From: Felis catus
Lineage: Eukaryota
Reading direction: 5' to 3'
Assembly (NCBI RefSeq): GCF_018350175.1
Contig: NC_058368.1
Coordinates: 88,104,001 to 88,168,000, forward strand
DNA: 64,000 nucleotides
The position numbers were made by a program, and so were the translations under genes. Positions 45,321-58,447 of the stretch are shown piece after piece; position 1 is the first letter of the stretch; each line of letters starts with the position of its first letter. The notes beneath the pieces are model-generated. The model had not been told where the DNA came from. It saw only the letters and a list, made by a program, of their open reading frames with translations, and made no database searches.

Positions 45321-48300
45321 CCCCAGGCGATCCTGCTGCCTGTTCACGGTCTCCCACGTGCTCTCCACTCCCACCTCGGGAGCCCATCTCTCTGCTTCCT
45401 CTGGGCTGCTGGGTATGCTGTGTCCCATGCCTGGAATGAAGATCTAGAGCAGCCCCTGGCCTGGCAGGGAGGCCCCTGCTTATCTGGTAATTTACTCTGG
45501 TGGGCTCCCGGCGGGAAGGCCTGACTCTCCTTTGTTTGGAGGGGGAGACGCCTCAGCTGAATCCCCAGAGGCTCTTCTTGTTTGCGTCGGGGGGGGGGGG
45601 GACCCAGCACCCAGAGAGAAGGCAGGTGGGAGGCTTCTGTATGTCTGAGCCGTCCACATCCCTGCATGATGACACCGATGTTCCAGATGTCCTATGTGGA
45701 GTCTAACCCGGTTCCAACCAGCTGTGGTGAGAGCCATAGGAAGCAGGGACTCACTGTCAGAGAAACAATCCTCCCCCCTGGAAAGACTCTGGAAATACAC
45801 AGCAGATCCTCCCGCCCGCCTCCTGCCCGCACCCCCCCCACCCGTCCTTCCCTCCTTTCCCAAACCTTCAAGGCCTCCTTGCCAGTAGGCACCAGCCCAG
45901 CCCTCCAGCACCTGAGGCTGCCTCCTGGCTGCAGAGAGAAGCTTTCTCAGTGCTGTCCTGCCCGATCCAGATCTGTCTGCTCTCCCCACACAGCCTGTGG
46001 GCCTTGTGCAGTCACACTGGCCTCCCTGCCTCCAGCAGGCCTTCCACTGCCCCTGTGTGGGTCACCCTCCTGGGCTCCCTGTGCAGCACCTCTGCCTCAT
46101 TTAGGAAGCCAGCTGGGGAGCAGGCCACTGGCCCTGGAAGTCCCACCTCCACTCGTGCTACCCTGGCCAACTCCTGACAGCGTGTGCTCCCCCACATTCC
46201 TGGGTGGACCACCACATTCACCCTGTCCTCACCTCCCTCCCTCCTCCCCAAGAACATCTCCTGAGAACTAAAACCTATCTCTCTGCAGCCAGATGCCTGA
46301 GCCAAGCCTCCCTGCTACAGGCAGCGGGTCCTGTGTCCCTGATCTTCCATGCCCTCAGTGTCTTGGGTCCCTTCCACTTTCGAGCCCCAGTATCTGACGG
46401 CCCTCCCTTGGCGTGCTCCCCACCGGTCCTGTCTGTCCTCACTCTAGTGCCTTGATGAGCAAACCGGCCAGGACCCCGTGTCAGACACCGCAGGCCACAC
46501 CATTCTCGAGTATGTCTGTGTCCCTGGCCTGGCCTGGGATGGTGGGGCCGGGTCATTGCTTGTGGGGAATGGGGCAGCAGGGCTGGCTCGTTCCCTCGCT
46601 CATTCCTTCATTACACACAGACCCTACTGAGTGCCAGTTGCCCGGCCATCTTTCTTTCACACCCACCCCACAGTCCTGAGAACCTCAAAGTTTCCAGAAA
46701 GCCCAACCATCTGCCTCACCCCTGTGTGGTCTTTCTTCCCCAGGAAGTGTCCTGTGATCTGGGCCTGGCTCTCCAGCACCCTGGCCTGCACGGACATCTG
46801 GGAAGGGAGACCAGAGGCAGGGGCCACTCCCATGGGGACCCCTGCACCGACCTGGGCCATGAGCATCCCAGGGGGCTGGCAGAGCAGGTGGGCGGTGGGA
46901 TGGGAGGAGAGCTCGGCTCGTGGGCTGATCGGTGGCATGCAGGCCAACGTCAGTGTTCTCTGCCCTCGGGGAAGGACCCTCAGCCTGTGGGTGCAAGCAA
47001 GGCCTCTAGGCTGACAAGATGGGCCTGGCCAGGCTGGAGCACAGGAAGCGGGCAGAGAGGCCAGGGGGCGCAGGGGGACGGTGTGGGGAGAGACAGGCGG
47101 CATCTGTCCTGTGTTCCCTCCACTACTCAAGCTTGCACAGAGAATCTGTAAATACAGGGCGAACTCCCCCAGCCTGTGCTCCTTCAGAACATTGCCACCA
47201 GCACTGCATGTCCAGGCCACTCCTGCCGGGTCCTATGCCTCCCACCCACCCACCATGCTGCCTCTGTCCTAGCCCCAGGGACCCCAGCCTGGGTCAGCGC
47301 GTGTGCCGCGCGAGGGTGGCTCTGCCCACACCTGCCTAATGTCAGGTGTCTGCCTCCACTGTGAGGTATGTCTTGAAGTGAACCCTCCTCGTGTTCCCAC
47401 CGTCCACACGCATGCAGCACGCTCCAGGAGAGGTCACACGCCCTTCCCCCTCTGCACCACCGGATGTCAGCAGGAACTGTTGAGGTGACACCCTCCCTAA
47501 TGAGTGGAGGGACCCAGGGGGAGGGTTCCGGAGAAGCAAGTAGCCAGGCCTTGTGAGGACACAGCTGGAAATAACACAGGGCGGGACCTGAGTGGGGGTG
47601 GTGGGGTACTCTTTCAGGATCCTTCTTCAGCCTCTACGGCCCTCCCATACAGGAGTCCACCTCTGTCTCCCTCTGGGGGAGGCCTGGCTGGTCACCCACG
47701 AGGCTCCTTTCTGCCTCCGACCGAGATAGGACTGCTGTGGCTGGTCCTGGAGGCCACACTGGGCCAGGGAGGTGACCGTGGGAGCCAGGCTGATGATTTT
47801 CTATCCATGCACCTTGGAGCATCCAGGAGCCCAGGAGAGGTGCCTTGGGGGCCAGTTGGTGGGTGAGGCTGGGGACCAACTGTCCCAGTTTCCCCAGGAC
47901 TGTAAGCTCAGCTGGTCACCCCCAGTGAGGTTGCCCTTGCCCCTGAACTCCATGAACCAGGATGCCTCACTGATGCAGGACCACACAGGCCGTGATTTCA
48001 CACAGATGTGGACCTCTCGCTACTGATGAGCCGGCCCGCGTGCTCGCGGTCAAAATGAAAATGTGAGATGAACAGATGGGTGCGTGGAGGCAGTGGTCAG
48101 CAGCGGGACAGCCAGGCAGAATAGCTCGGGGCTGTGGGCACACAGATGTTCCCGCAACCATTCCAACCGTGGGCCGTTCTCCACAGGCAACACTTGGAAG
48201 GTCTGACGTCACGGTCTGGTGCGGGGCTTTCCGATGGGGGCTGGCTTCCTCCAGCTTGTCCTCTGTGGTCACAGCCTTGCTTCAGTGAGGAGGGGTGGGG

Positions 48301-49004
48301 AGGGTCTGCCAGGAGGAAACTCACTCACTCCATTTCTCTCTTCTTTACTTGGAGACTTGGGACGCGTGGAAAAGAAAGGCACCCCTTAGTTCAGACACAC
48401 TCCGTCAGGCCTGTGGTGCTGGCCTCCTGACCAGATGCCAGAGCCAGGACTCATGCCGGGCGGAGGCTGGGAGGGGGACAGAGAGCCCAGAGTCTGCCCC
48501 CCACCACCAGGACCCCTCAGCTCCCAGGTCAGAGCCTGCCTTCCATCAGGCTTCCCTTATGCCCCCCAGGCCATGCCTTGGGGAGAGCAGAGCCGGGACT
48601 TCCCAGCTCACAGCTTCTGGCAGCAGCCTGGTTCCGGGGTGCTGAGTCAGCTCCTGCCCCCCCACCCCCCTTCCAGGGCAGGCCCCAGCTCGCCACATCC
48701 TGGAGCCAGGCATCAAGGCCAGGGTGCCAGCCCAGATGCCGCTCCAGCTGTTCCAGCCCTCTGCCCCACCCCCACCCCCTAGCCCTGTCTGGGTTCTTCT
48801 CACACCCACGCCGGACCCCATGCCCGATGCCCCTTGGACTGCTTCCAGAAAGTTTCCTCTGCCCCAGAGGTGGCCAGGGGAGAGTGGAGAGCTGGGAGCT
48901 GCCGGTCCCACACAGAAGGGGGCTGGCATTGTGGGTAAGAAGCGGTCAGGGGGGCTTGGCGGGACACCGGATTGTGGCTTGGCCTCGAAGGCAAAACCCA
49001 GTCA

Positions 49005-49155
49005 TTAAAAAAAATCACATTAAAAATTTAGCTGGTGTTCACGAACCTTAGTGTGGTGATCATTTCATAATATATACATGTATCACATCATCATGTTGTA
49101 CACCTTAACCTCACACAGTGTTGTCTGTCAGTTATGTCTCCATAAAGGTAGGGAG
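49005..49155 (+). mobile_element. L1MA-type 3' terminal fragment
   Basis: gtggtgatcatttcataatatatacatgtatcacatcatcatgttgtacaccttaa. Confidence 0.8.
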
Positions 49156-50929
49156 AACATCCACAGTGGATGTGCACTATCCCCCCATACTCCCGGATCC
49201 AAATTCTTCATATACAAGGAAGGTAGATGTCCTCCATCCATCAACACTTGGGAAACCGCAATCTCTAAGTCCCTCCTCCCACACCCTCCTGGGAGGAAGC
49301 GGGGCGCTTGGGGTGAGGTCAGGGGCAGAACAGGAGGGCAGGGAGAGGCTCCGAGCCATGCAGTGGCTGCCTCCAGGGGATGGTGATGTACTGGCCTGTC
49401 CGAGGGCCTTGCCAGGGGCTGGAGGCAGCACCGAGGGGTAGAGAGCACCACCATCCCCGTGCCCTTTGTTCCCCCAAGTTCTCTGAGCACAACAAAATGC
49501 AAGGGCACTGAATGCACTCTGAACTCCTGAGTCATATCCCGGAGGAAAGGACATCCTGGAAAGGTGGTGATGTCAGCCTGCGCTGGCTGATAGTAAGGCA
49601 CCGGTGGTCACTCCACCCTGTGATGAGAGCGATGCGAGCATGAAGGGATGGGTAGGGGCAGGCTCTCGGTGGTGCTGTCAGTGCCCGGGTGGGTAGGGGT
49701 GGGACAGATGGATGAAGATCTCCATGGTGCTGTCAGTGCAGGGGTGAGTTCGGGTGGACTCTCCGTGGTTCTGTTGACCAAGCAGAGGAGCCAGAAACGG
49801 GACTGAGTCGCAGCACAGGGTAAGCGAGCGAGCCCACCCGGTGGTTGATCAATGCCTGGCTGTCATATCTGCTTTCTCCTGGTGACATTGGCTCCCAGGC
49901 CCATCACTGCTGCCCTTCGTCAGAGGCAAGTCTGGTTGCTGTTCACGGTGGGTGCAAATACCGATATCATTTCCCCGTCCTGGGGGTCCCACACCCCGAG
50001 CTTCTAGGAGGGGCTGCGTGGCTGTGCACCCTGGGAAGGAGGCACTCCCTCCAGGCCCAGATACTGAGGGGCCCCCAGAGGCCCCACACCACTGCCGTGC
50101 CATCGGGACCGTGACCATAGCCAGGATGCCAGGCCACACTTACAGACGTAAATCAGGATCACCTATGTCACACGTGCTTTCAAAGCACAGCCTCTGTCCA
50201 GGAGGAGAGGTCAGAGATGTTGGGGCATCCAGAGCAGCCGCTGGCTCTGTGCCAGGAGCCCACGTCCCTGGACCAGAGAGGCACCCCTGCCCCAGGAGCT
50301 AGAACGATCTGGCTGGCAGTCGCCAGCATGTGGGGACTGGGTCCCCCGAGCCCAAGGACCCACACGTGACAGTGGGCGAGGTCAGGAGCTCACTCTCCCC
50401 CAGACGAGCTAGCACTGTGAATGAGGCTCCAGAGACCACAGTGGGAGCCACAGATGAGCCACCCAGATGTGCCACCTGCTGAGTGCTGCTGTGTGCCGTT
50501 TGAAGCTGTGGAGTCTGGCCACTTATAAGCGGCAAAGGCGGCCTACTGTCTGCTACCTGTCCCCACAAGCTGCTCACACCCAGGGGACAGAACTTCCCCA
50601 AGCAGTCGAAGGGCCTCATCACCTGGGCACCTTGGCCTTTGTGAGTCTCTCCTGCCCCTTCCTATCCCCCCATAGGCCCCACTGGCACCATCATGTCACC
50701 TGTGTGGCCTTGCACTTGGCTGGCCCAGTGCGTGACTCCCTGTGACCCTCGCAACCTTGTGGATGGCACCCTGGGACCTCCTGGACCGGGAATCTCGGCC
50801 CAGATGAAGACACCTGTCTGGCATCCATGTGTTAATATGACTGGATGGTTCCTAAGGGCCCCTTTCTCCCCATACTCCGATGCCCTTAAAATGCATTGAA
50901 CTCCAGGCTTGCTGAATAGCATTTAGGGA

Positions 50930-51232
50930 CCAGAGTCTCAGGCAGTGTAGGCTGCCCCAATGAACACCATGGACCAGGGGGCTTACACAAAACACATGTA
51001 TCCCTCACAGGTCTGAGGCTGGACCTCCAACATCCAGGTGCTAGCACATTCGGGGTCTGTGGGGACCCCCTTCCTGGGCTCCTTGAGATCCTCACGTGGT
51101 GGGGACAGAGAGAGCCCTGGGCTCTTGTTCTCCTTATGAGGACATGAAGCCCGTCACGGGTCCCCCTTCCTAACACTGTCACCTGGGCTCATGCATGAAT
51201 CTGGGGGGTGGGTGTGAACATGGGTCTGTGAC
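50930..51232. mobile_element. MaLR solo LTR (MLT1-like), opposite orientation to the copy at 6.1 kb
   Basis: ctcacaggtctgaggctggacctccaacatccaggtg, cctcacgtggtgg, cttatgaggaca and catgaatctggggg. Confidence 0.65.
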
Positions 51233-54200
51233 AAGTCAGATATATGTCGCAACACACAGCCAGCACTAAAGACCCTCAGCACCACTAGTCTCTGGGGCCC
51301 CACTCAGCCCCGTGTCCCCTGCAGGATGGTCACAGAAGGGTGACGTGACTGGCAGCCTGTGCCTGCCCCTAGCCAGCTGCGTTAGGACCCACTGTGCCTC
51401 AGTTTCCCCTGCTGACACGCAGGTATGCAGCTGTCTCTCCTGATGTCGGCACAGGGGCCACCCAGCTCCAGGTCCCAAGGAGGTGAACCCGGGGTCTCTT
51501 CCCCACACTGTGAGGGGGCCCAGGACCTAGCCTCACAACCCTCAGGCACCACGCTAAGCTGTCACTGGGTGTCGGGGCTTTGGGTTAAACCCTCATCTTG
51601 CCCTCGGCCTCACAGCTGTTACAGGTGTGTAAATGGCTCCAGACAGGGACGGGAGGGGTGGGGGTGCAGCCAGCCGTCCTTCACTTACACCTCTGTCCCT
51701 CTGTCTGGGTCACAGTGAGGCCCCGACCCTACTACTTCCTTCACCCTGCACCTGGTGCCGTGATTCAGCCTGTGAGGAATGAGAGCACTTCTCCACAGTG
51801 CAGGGAGCCGTCCCAGAAGGTGCCCACACCCGGCTGCCTGGCCGGTTGTCACGCCCGATACCCTGAAGGCCCCTCAAACCCAGAGTCCCCTGACCCTGAG
51901 ACACGGTCCTCCTCCTCTGAGCCTCTCCCTGGAGTCCCAGCCCTGAGAGACTTTCTGCAGGGCCATCCACACAGCTGAGGGGCCAACGTCCAGGAGCAGG
52001 TGGCGGTGGCCCCACCTTGGACCTGGGACAGGGTCCCTGAGCTGCAGACCACATGTGGCGGACAGGCCGGCTCAGGCAGAGCAGACACGGCGTCCCCACA
52101 ATCCTGGGAGATGTGTGAGGCACTCAAATGGAAGGTGGCCCACTAGGGAGTGTTCCAGAGTCTGGGGAACACATGGTTGCTTAACAGTTTAGCGATAGCT
52201 TGTTTCTCAGGAACCGGGGGATGTCACCTTCAACCCAGAGCGCACATGCGTGCGGCCTGGAAAGTGGCCCCTGGACTCCAGTCCCAGCCTGTGGCTGGGG
52301 CCACGTGAGCCGCGCCTGCCGCCCGCCAGCGTTAATGGTTTTCTCCCTCCCGGGAGGGCAGCGCTGTGGAAGTCTGGGCGCCTTGCCAGGCCATCCTGCT
52401 CAGGGTGGAGCGGAGGCGCTGGCTGTAACACGCAGGGGAGGGATGGGCTGATGGCCGTCACCCACGGGCTTATATCGCGATGGTGCAGCGGGGGTGGAGG
52501 GCACAGAAGCGGCTCTGGGCAGAGGAGCCCCACTCGCCCCACAGACGCAGGAGGCACCTGTGCACTGTCCCTGCAGGTCTTGTGGGGTGGCAGCCTCTTA
52601 CGTGTCTGTGAACCTGGCTGGGTTTCTTCCTTCAGTAAATCTCAGCAGGCACAGGGTGCCTGTGGGCTGTGGGCTCCGCTCCATCCTCGCCTGTGGCCCT
52701 GTGTGCTCCGGGGTGAGCAGAGACTTTGTGAAGTTCCCAAGGACTGTGGGACCACATCTGCCTGAGGCTCCAGAAGGGGCTCTGAGCAGTGGGGTGGCAT
52801 GTCCATCTGCACCTTCTTGAGGAAGCGCTCTGTGGCCCCCGCCCTGCTGGCCCCCTTCTCCAGGCCCCGCAGAAGCCGGCAACGTCTTCTCTTGTCCTTC
52901 GAGGACACAGAGCTGCACATGGGCCCCAGGGGAACAAGGAGGTCGGGGGCCTACACTCTCCCTGTGGGTCTCTGCCCAGGAGGGCTCTGGCTGGTCCCAT
53001 GGCTCTCTGTCTTGGGGACAAGGTGTGAGGTCTCGCCAAGCCCTGAGGGCTCCCTAGAAGACGAAAGGGGTCTGTCCTGTCTGTATGGAGCCGTCTGGGA
53101 GCCACAGGGGCCACGGACTCCTCCAAGGGCATTCTCTCTGCACCCTCCATGCACTGGGGACCACTGGGAGACCCCTACTTGCCTCCATGCTCCTGCCCTC
53201 TTCTGCCTAGAAGACCCCTGTGGGAGTTTGTGCAACTTGGGCACTGGGAGGGCCCATGGGGGGTTGCTGCAGGACCCTGGTCCGTGCTGGGTCCCCTCCC
53301 TGCCTGCAGCACCCCCCCCAGCCCCGCCGGCTGAGCCGGGATTACTGACACATACTTTGAACAAGTCCTGGCAGGCGGGCAGAGACTCCTGTGCCCACGG
53401 CCATGCATTTGCCCGCTTCCCTGGGCGGCTGCAGCACGTTTTGTTGGGGAAGGAATGCAGAGGCACCAAAGCGTGAGACACCTCCAGGGTGTCACCTGGG
53501 GAGGCTGTGAGGGAGACCGAGGCAGCGCTGCCCAGCGTGCTGTGGGGATCCGGCCCCAGAGCTGGGAAGTCAGCCAGGAGGTGTCCCGGGAGGAGCCCAG
53601 CCAAGGGGCTTCTGTTTTTCACGGGAAAGATCCATCATTCACTCTGGAGGGGGGGGTGTCAGGTCTCCGGGGCCGGTGGGCTCTGCCTTCCTGGGCCTCC
53701 ACTCCTGCTCCCCATGAAGTGCAGCTCACCACCTCCCAGCACCGTGTGGGCACGACCGTCACCTTCAGCAAGCCCATCTGGAGCCACTCCGCCTCTGGAG
53801 ACTTCTGAGCCCTTCACCCGGGCTTGGGAGGAGCAGACGCAAACTCTCGCATGTAGACAGTGCTGGGTGGCTGACTGTGGAGGGACGCTGGTCCACAGGC
53901 AGGATCCCCCACCCAGGCCTGCCGGGCAACGTAGAAGGTGTTCCCTGACCTAACAACTTGGGTTTGGGTTTTTTCAAGTGTCCAACCCACTATTACAAAG
54001 TGCATAGAAATGCTGCATGAGAACAGTACATAATACAAAACCCAACAGGTCACAACAGCCAGGACATCCCCGAGCGTCCCCTGTCTTCCATTTCTGTTCT
54101 TATTTCTTCACAGACAACTGTCCCAGGACGGGCCCCGGGGGCCACTTGCAGCGTGACTGCTCCTTTCATTGAGGCTCCTGTCCTGGGCCACGCCCGCCGG

Positions 54201-54651
54201 CCCCTGGGGGCTGGAGATCTGTACCCGGGAGCTGGGAGGGAAGCACAGCTTTACAGCTTTTCTCTAACTAAGACCATTTCCTCCATCTCCTCCCCCATTG
54301 TATTGTCTGCCACAAAGGATTCAGGCAGGTTTATGCAAATAAAACAGAAAATCGTCTTCTAAAACAGCGAGCCCAGTGAGACACAGGGGACACCCTGGCT
54401 GGGAGAGACAGTCTTGAGTGTGTGGGCGGTCAAGTCGGGGGAGCCCCAGGTGGGGATGCAGATGTGGACCTGGTGGTTCTGACCATGCGTGTTTCACCTG
54501 TGGCCATTTCTCACGTGGCCCCTTGATATAAGGATGGCCACTGGTGGGCTCCCCGCACCCTGAGATCCTACACCAGAGGAGTGACACCATCTGGTGTCTG
54601 GATTCCTCTGATCTTATGACCTCACTACTGTCCTCACCAGCCTCAGGGCTA

Positions 54652-54866
54652 AAGAGAGAGGCAGAGAAAGAGGGAGAGAGACAGAGACAGGGAGAGACAG
54701 AGACAGGGAGAGATAGAGAGACACAGAGAGACAGAGACAAGAGACAGAGAGAGATAGAAACTAGGAGAGACAGAGACAGCGAGAGACAGAGAGATAGAGA
54801 TAGGGAGAGATAGGGAGAGACAGAGACAGGGAGAGACAGAGAGACAGAGAGAGACAGAGACAGATA
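54652..54866. repeat. GA-rich low-complexity tract ((GA)n / GAGACA)
   Basis: About 215 bp, strongly purine-biased. Confidence 0.95.
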
Positions 54867-57390
54867 CATAGCGGCAGGCAGACTGGAGAAGTGAGCGGCA
54901 GGGGTGCCCTGGGGAGGGGCGCAGGGGTGCAGAGTCATCAGAGGCAAGGCAGCTCCCGGAAGGCTTGTGTGTGGGCCCTGCTGTCTGAGCAGGTGAGCCC
55001 TCAGGTCCCAAGTCATCTGACACAGGCCATCCCTCACCCTGGTGGCTCACCCCTGGGGCCATAGTGGCGCCTCCAGAATGCTCCTGGCTGGCTACCCTCT
55101 CTGACCTCAAGTGCACCTGCACCCCACAAACACAGAGGAGACCCATGTGGGGGCCCGAGGGGCGGCACGGGACAGGGGCATGCAGAAGAAGCTCTGGGAG
55201 GTGGGCAGGCTTGTTGCTTAGTTGGCCTTCCAGGTGGCAAGCAAGGCATAGGGGCCAGATACTCGCTTTTAGCTGGGAGTCCCCTGCCAGGAAATCTGTG
55301 TGGGGGCAGTGGTTAGGGACAGTGAGACGACTCTGGTGGTGGGGGGAGAACCAGGGAGCACTGCAGTGGGAGCACGTCCCAGACCACAGATCTGACCCTG
55401 GTGGCTTCACAGGGGAATGTCCTGGGTCAGCCCGGGTGGCATCTGCTCCCAGCACAGAGGCTGTGGAACGCAGGGTCTGACTCAGATGGGTGAGGCTTTT
55501 TGTGCTGATGAAGACAAGGCAGCTAGCTGCTGGCCACTGGGGCTGTCACTGCAGGGCAGTGAGGGAGTGAGGTGGACGGCAGAGGGCAGGCTGGCCAGAA
55601 CAGGCAGGACACTGTGGGAATGGGGCAGAACAGCCTGGTGGGGGCAGTGGGGGGCCTGGCCTCTGCTAGGGGCCCAGGTTAGGCCCAGGGGGCTTACAAG
55701 ATGCCTGCAGCCCAGACTCAGGGACACAGGAGGAAGGGGCTCAGAGCACGGCACAGAGAGCTCTGGTGCCTACAGAGTACTGTTCTCCGTGTTCCGCGCA
55801 TCCTGTGTTTGCTTAGTTCTAATTCCGTGACACTCCTGTCTGCTCAGAGGAGTGGTGCAGCCCTGTCACCTCTCTGGTTCCTTCCCTGGGAGCACCCCCC
55901 CCCCCAATCTGTCACAGGATCGCATAAGGAGCCCACAAGGCACGCTCTCAATGTTCAGGTCGTGGGACTGTGACCGGGTCTGGGCTCCGCAGGGACCTGC
56001 CCCTGGCACCGAGGGTGAGGGCCGGGTGAGGGGCGCTTCCGCCCCGCACTGGGGAGCGGTGGCTTTGGGATTCCCTGCAGGGCGGCGGCCAGCTCCTCCA
56101 CCCTCCCACCAGGAGCCACACCAACTTCAAAAGCCTAATTACTCCCGATTTGGGCTGTTTCCTCAGCGTCCAGCAGGTGAGAAAGCCCCCGTTACTTTCA
56201 CTTTTATATGCAAGGTGTGGGGAGAAGGGGGGTTGCCGTAGCTTCGCTGGGGGAGGGAGGGAGAAACGGAACAACCAATTAGGGGAGGCTGAGCGTGAAG
56301 GTGAGAAGTTATAAAGAGAGGGTCCCTCAGCCGCACTGGGGGGAGGGAGGGCTGGGGAGAGGAGGGGCCACGGGGGGAAGGTCCTCCAGGTAGGGCGTGC
56401 AGACAGGAAAGCTTTTCCCAGCTAGAAAACCCTGAGTCTCTCCCTGGGAGCCGTCCTTCCGGTCTACTTGGCCTGGGAGCCTGTGGGGGTACAGCTCCTT
56501 CCCCTGCGGCTGGCCGGGGCAAAGAGGATGCAGGAGGGTAAATCCGCTGTCCCCAGGGAACCCTGAGACTGTGTCCACCACAGACACTTCTCCTCAAGAA
56601 GCAGAATCCCCAAGCGTGAGAATCCCACCAGGAACAGAGTTGGGGTTCGGGGGCACCCTTCTCTCTGGGGCCAAGGGCTGCTCCAGAATCTTGCTGGGGT
56701 GGATTGCCGGGAGGAAGGGCCTCTCCCGCTGACCTGGGAAGCGCAGGGTGCCGAGCAAGTGCGGGTGCGCTCACATGGAACAAATGTGGTCAGGGTGGAA
56801 AGGGGGGCATACCTGTGTTTGGGGGGGGGGGTGGTAAGGCCAGGGAGCCTCAGGGCCAACAGGACAAAGATCCCGAGGTGTGGGGTGGCCAGGAGGCTGG
56901 TGACAGGGCCCTTCCTTTCGGGAGGAGCGCGGGGGCGAAGGGCGCTTCCTCCTGTGCCCAGGAATGCGGCGGCGGGTTCTAATTAGAAGCTTGCGCTGGA
57001 GCGGGCGGCCTCGGGGCTCTCTCGGACGTGCCCCCCAGCTCCCCGCGGCCGGCGAGGCGGGCGTCAGGGTCCCCGAGGCCGCAGCCCACGCTCCAAGGCC
57101 ACAGGGCGCTGCAGGTGCGGCGCGCGCCGGTGAGGGACGCCCCGGGTCCCCGAAGAGCGGCCCAGCAGCCTCTTCCAGGTCCCTGGACTGGCCCGGGCCT
57201 CCCCTCCCACCCCGCCCCGCCCCGCCTGGCTGCGCCTGGACCCGCGTCCCCAGCCAGGCGCCCCTGCTCCTGAACCATCTCGAAGAGAAAAATTATTATC
57301 GGATTAGATGTACTTCGGCTCGCTTGGTTCCCCCCACCCCTTCCCCTCGGCGTAATTATTATAATTCCAGGCAAGCCGTCGGAGAAGGTT

Positions 57391-57392
<2 letters not shown>

Positions 57393-57430
<38 letters not shown>

Positions 57431-57442
57431 CGCGCGCGCGCG
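57393..57442. repeat. (TG)15(CG)10 compound microsatellite
   Basis: TG run at 57393-57422 directly followed by a CG run at 57423-57442. Confidence 0.98.
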
Positions 57443-58376
57443 CCCGCCCGCCCGCCCGCAAGCATGGGTGTGGGGAACCTTCTCTGGAACCCCGGGTCTT
57501 CTGGTCTCATGCCCCCACTTGTGACCCTCAAATCTTGGGCTTCTCAGAGCACAACGCCGCATACTGCCTTCCCCCTTTCCCTACCGCCGGCGACCCTCCC
57601 TGTGGGGGCTCTGCGAAATCAGATCCCGAAGGGATGGTAACAGTGACCCCCCCCCCCCCCACACACACACCATATCTGTGCAGTAGACACTCGGGACCTT
57701 TCCTTTGGTTCGTCTACATTTCCATCGTCAGATTGAGGAAGGTCTAACTGAAATGTGCCTCCGACGGGAGGACCATGCAGAGAGAGCCCCAGCGGCCCCT
57801 CTTTCCTTCCCCGTTCAGACAGGGGCTCACGAAGAAACCCCTCGGGTCGCGACCCCCGCACCCCCCCCCCCCTCCCGAGCCTGAGAGGCCAAGGCTGGTG
57901 CTGGCCCCAGGGTCCTGGCCCGCCACTCCGGGCAGGTCCCGCTGTCTTTACTTAACTGCGCTGCTGCCCCAAGCTGTTGGATCTGGTCTCACCGACTTTG
58001 TTTGAAGGTGTGCGTGCGCGTAAGACCGGGTCTGTAAGGAACGTGTCCTTGTCCCCCGCGCTGCGCCCAGCTAGCCCGCCCAGCTGCTTCGGCTTCGCGC
58101 TGCCTGGCTGTTGGTGCCATCTGCGCAGACAGTGTTCCCGCCTCTCCCCAGCCACTGCGCCCTTTCCGACGCCGGGGGCCCCTCTAGGCCCGGGACACCA
58201 CTGTCCCCGGAAGCTCCGACACCCGTGTCCCAGCCCTGGCCCGAACAGGTCAAAAGTGGCCGCCAAGGAAAACAACCCGCCAGTGCCCCGTGGAGCCGCA
58301 GGGGCAGGGCGCGGGCTCCGGGCCACCGCGGGGCCCTGCCCGAGGGGACGGCGGCGGCTTGGGGCCGCTCACTCAC

Positions 58377-58447
58377 CACCAGATCGGGTAACTGCCCAGC
58401 GCCTGCTTCAGGCCGTAGAGGAATAAGAAGTATACGAGCAGGGCCAT
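58377..58447 (-). CDS. WNT3A: WNT3A coding exon 1 (71 nt, signal peptide)
   Basis: Minus strand reads gcgATGG (strong Kozak) and then MALLVYFLFLYGLKQALGSYPIW-TG, followed by the donor GTGAGT at 58376-58371. This matches the Wnt3a N-terminus (..KQALGSYPIWW). Confidence 0.97.

Noticed and set aside
17735..58447. Assignment as the paralogue WNT3
   Set aside because: The 352-aa length, the N-terminus ..KQALGSYPIWW, the [19 protein letters not shown] motif and a four-exon CDS with the stop inside exon 4 fit WNT3A.
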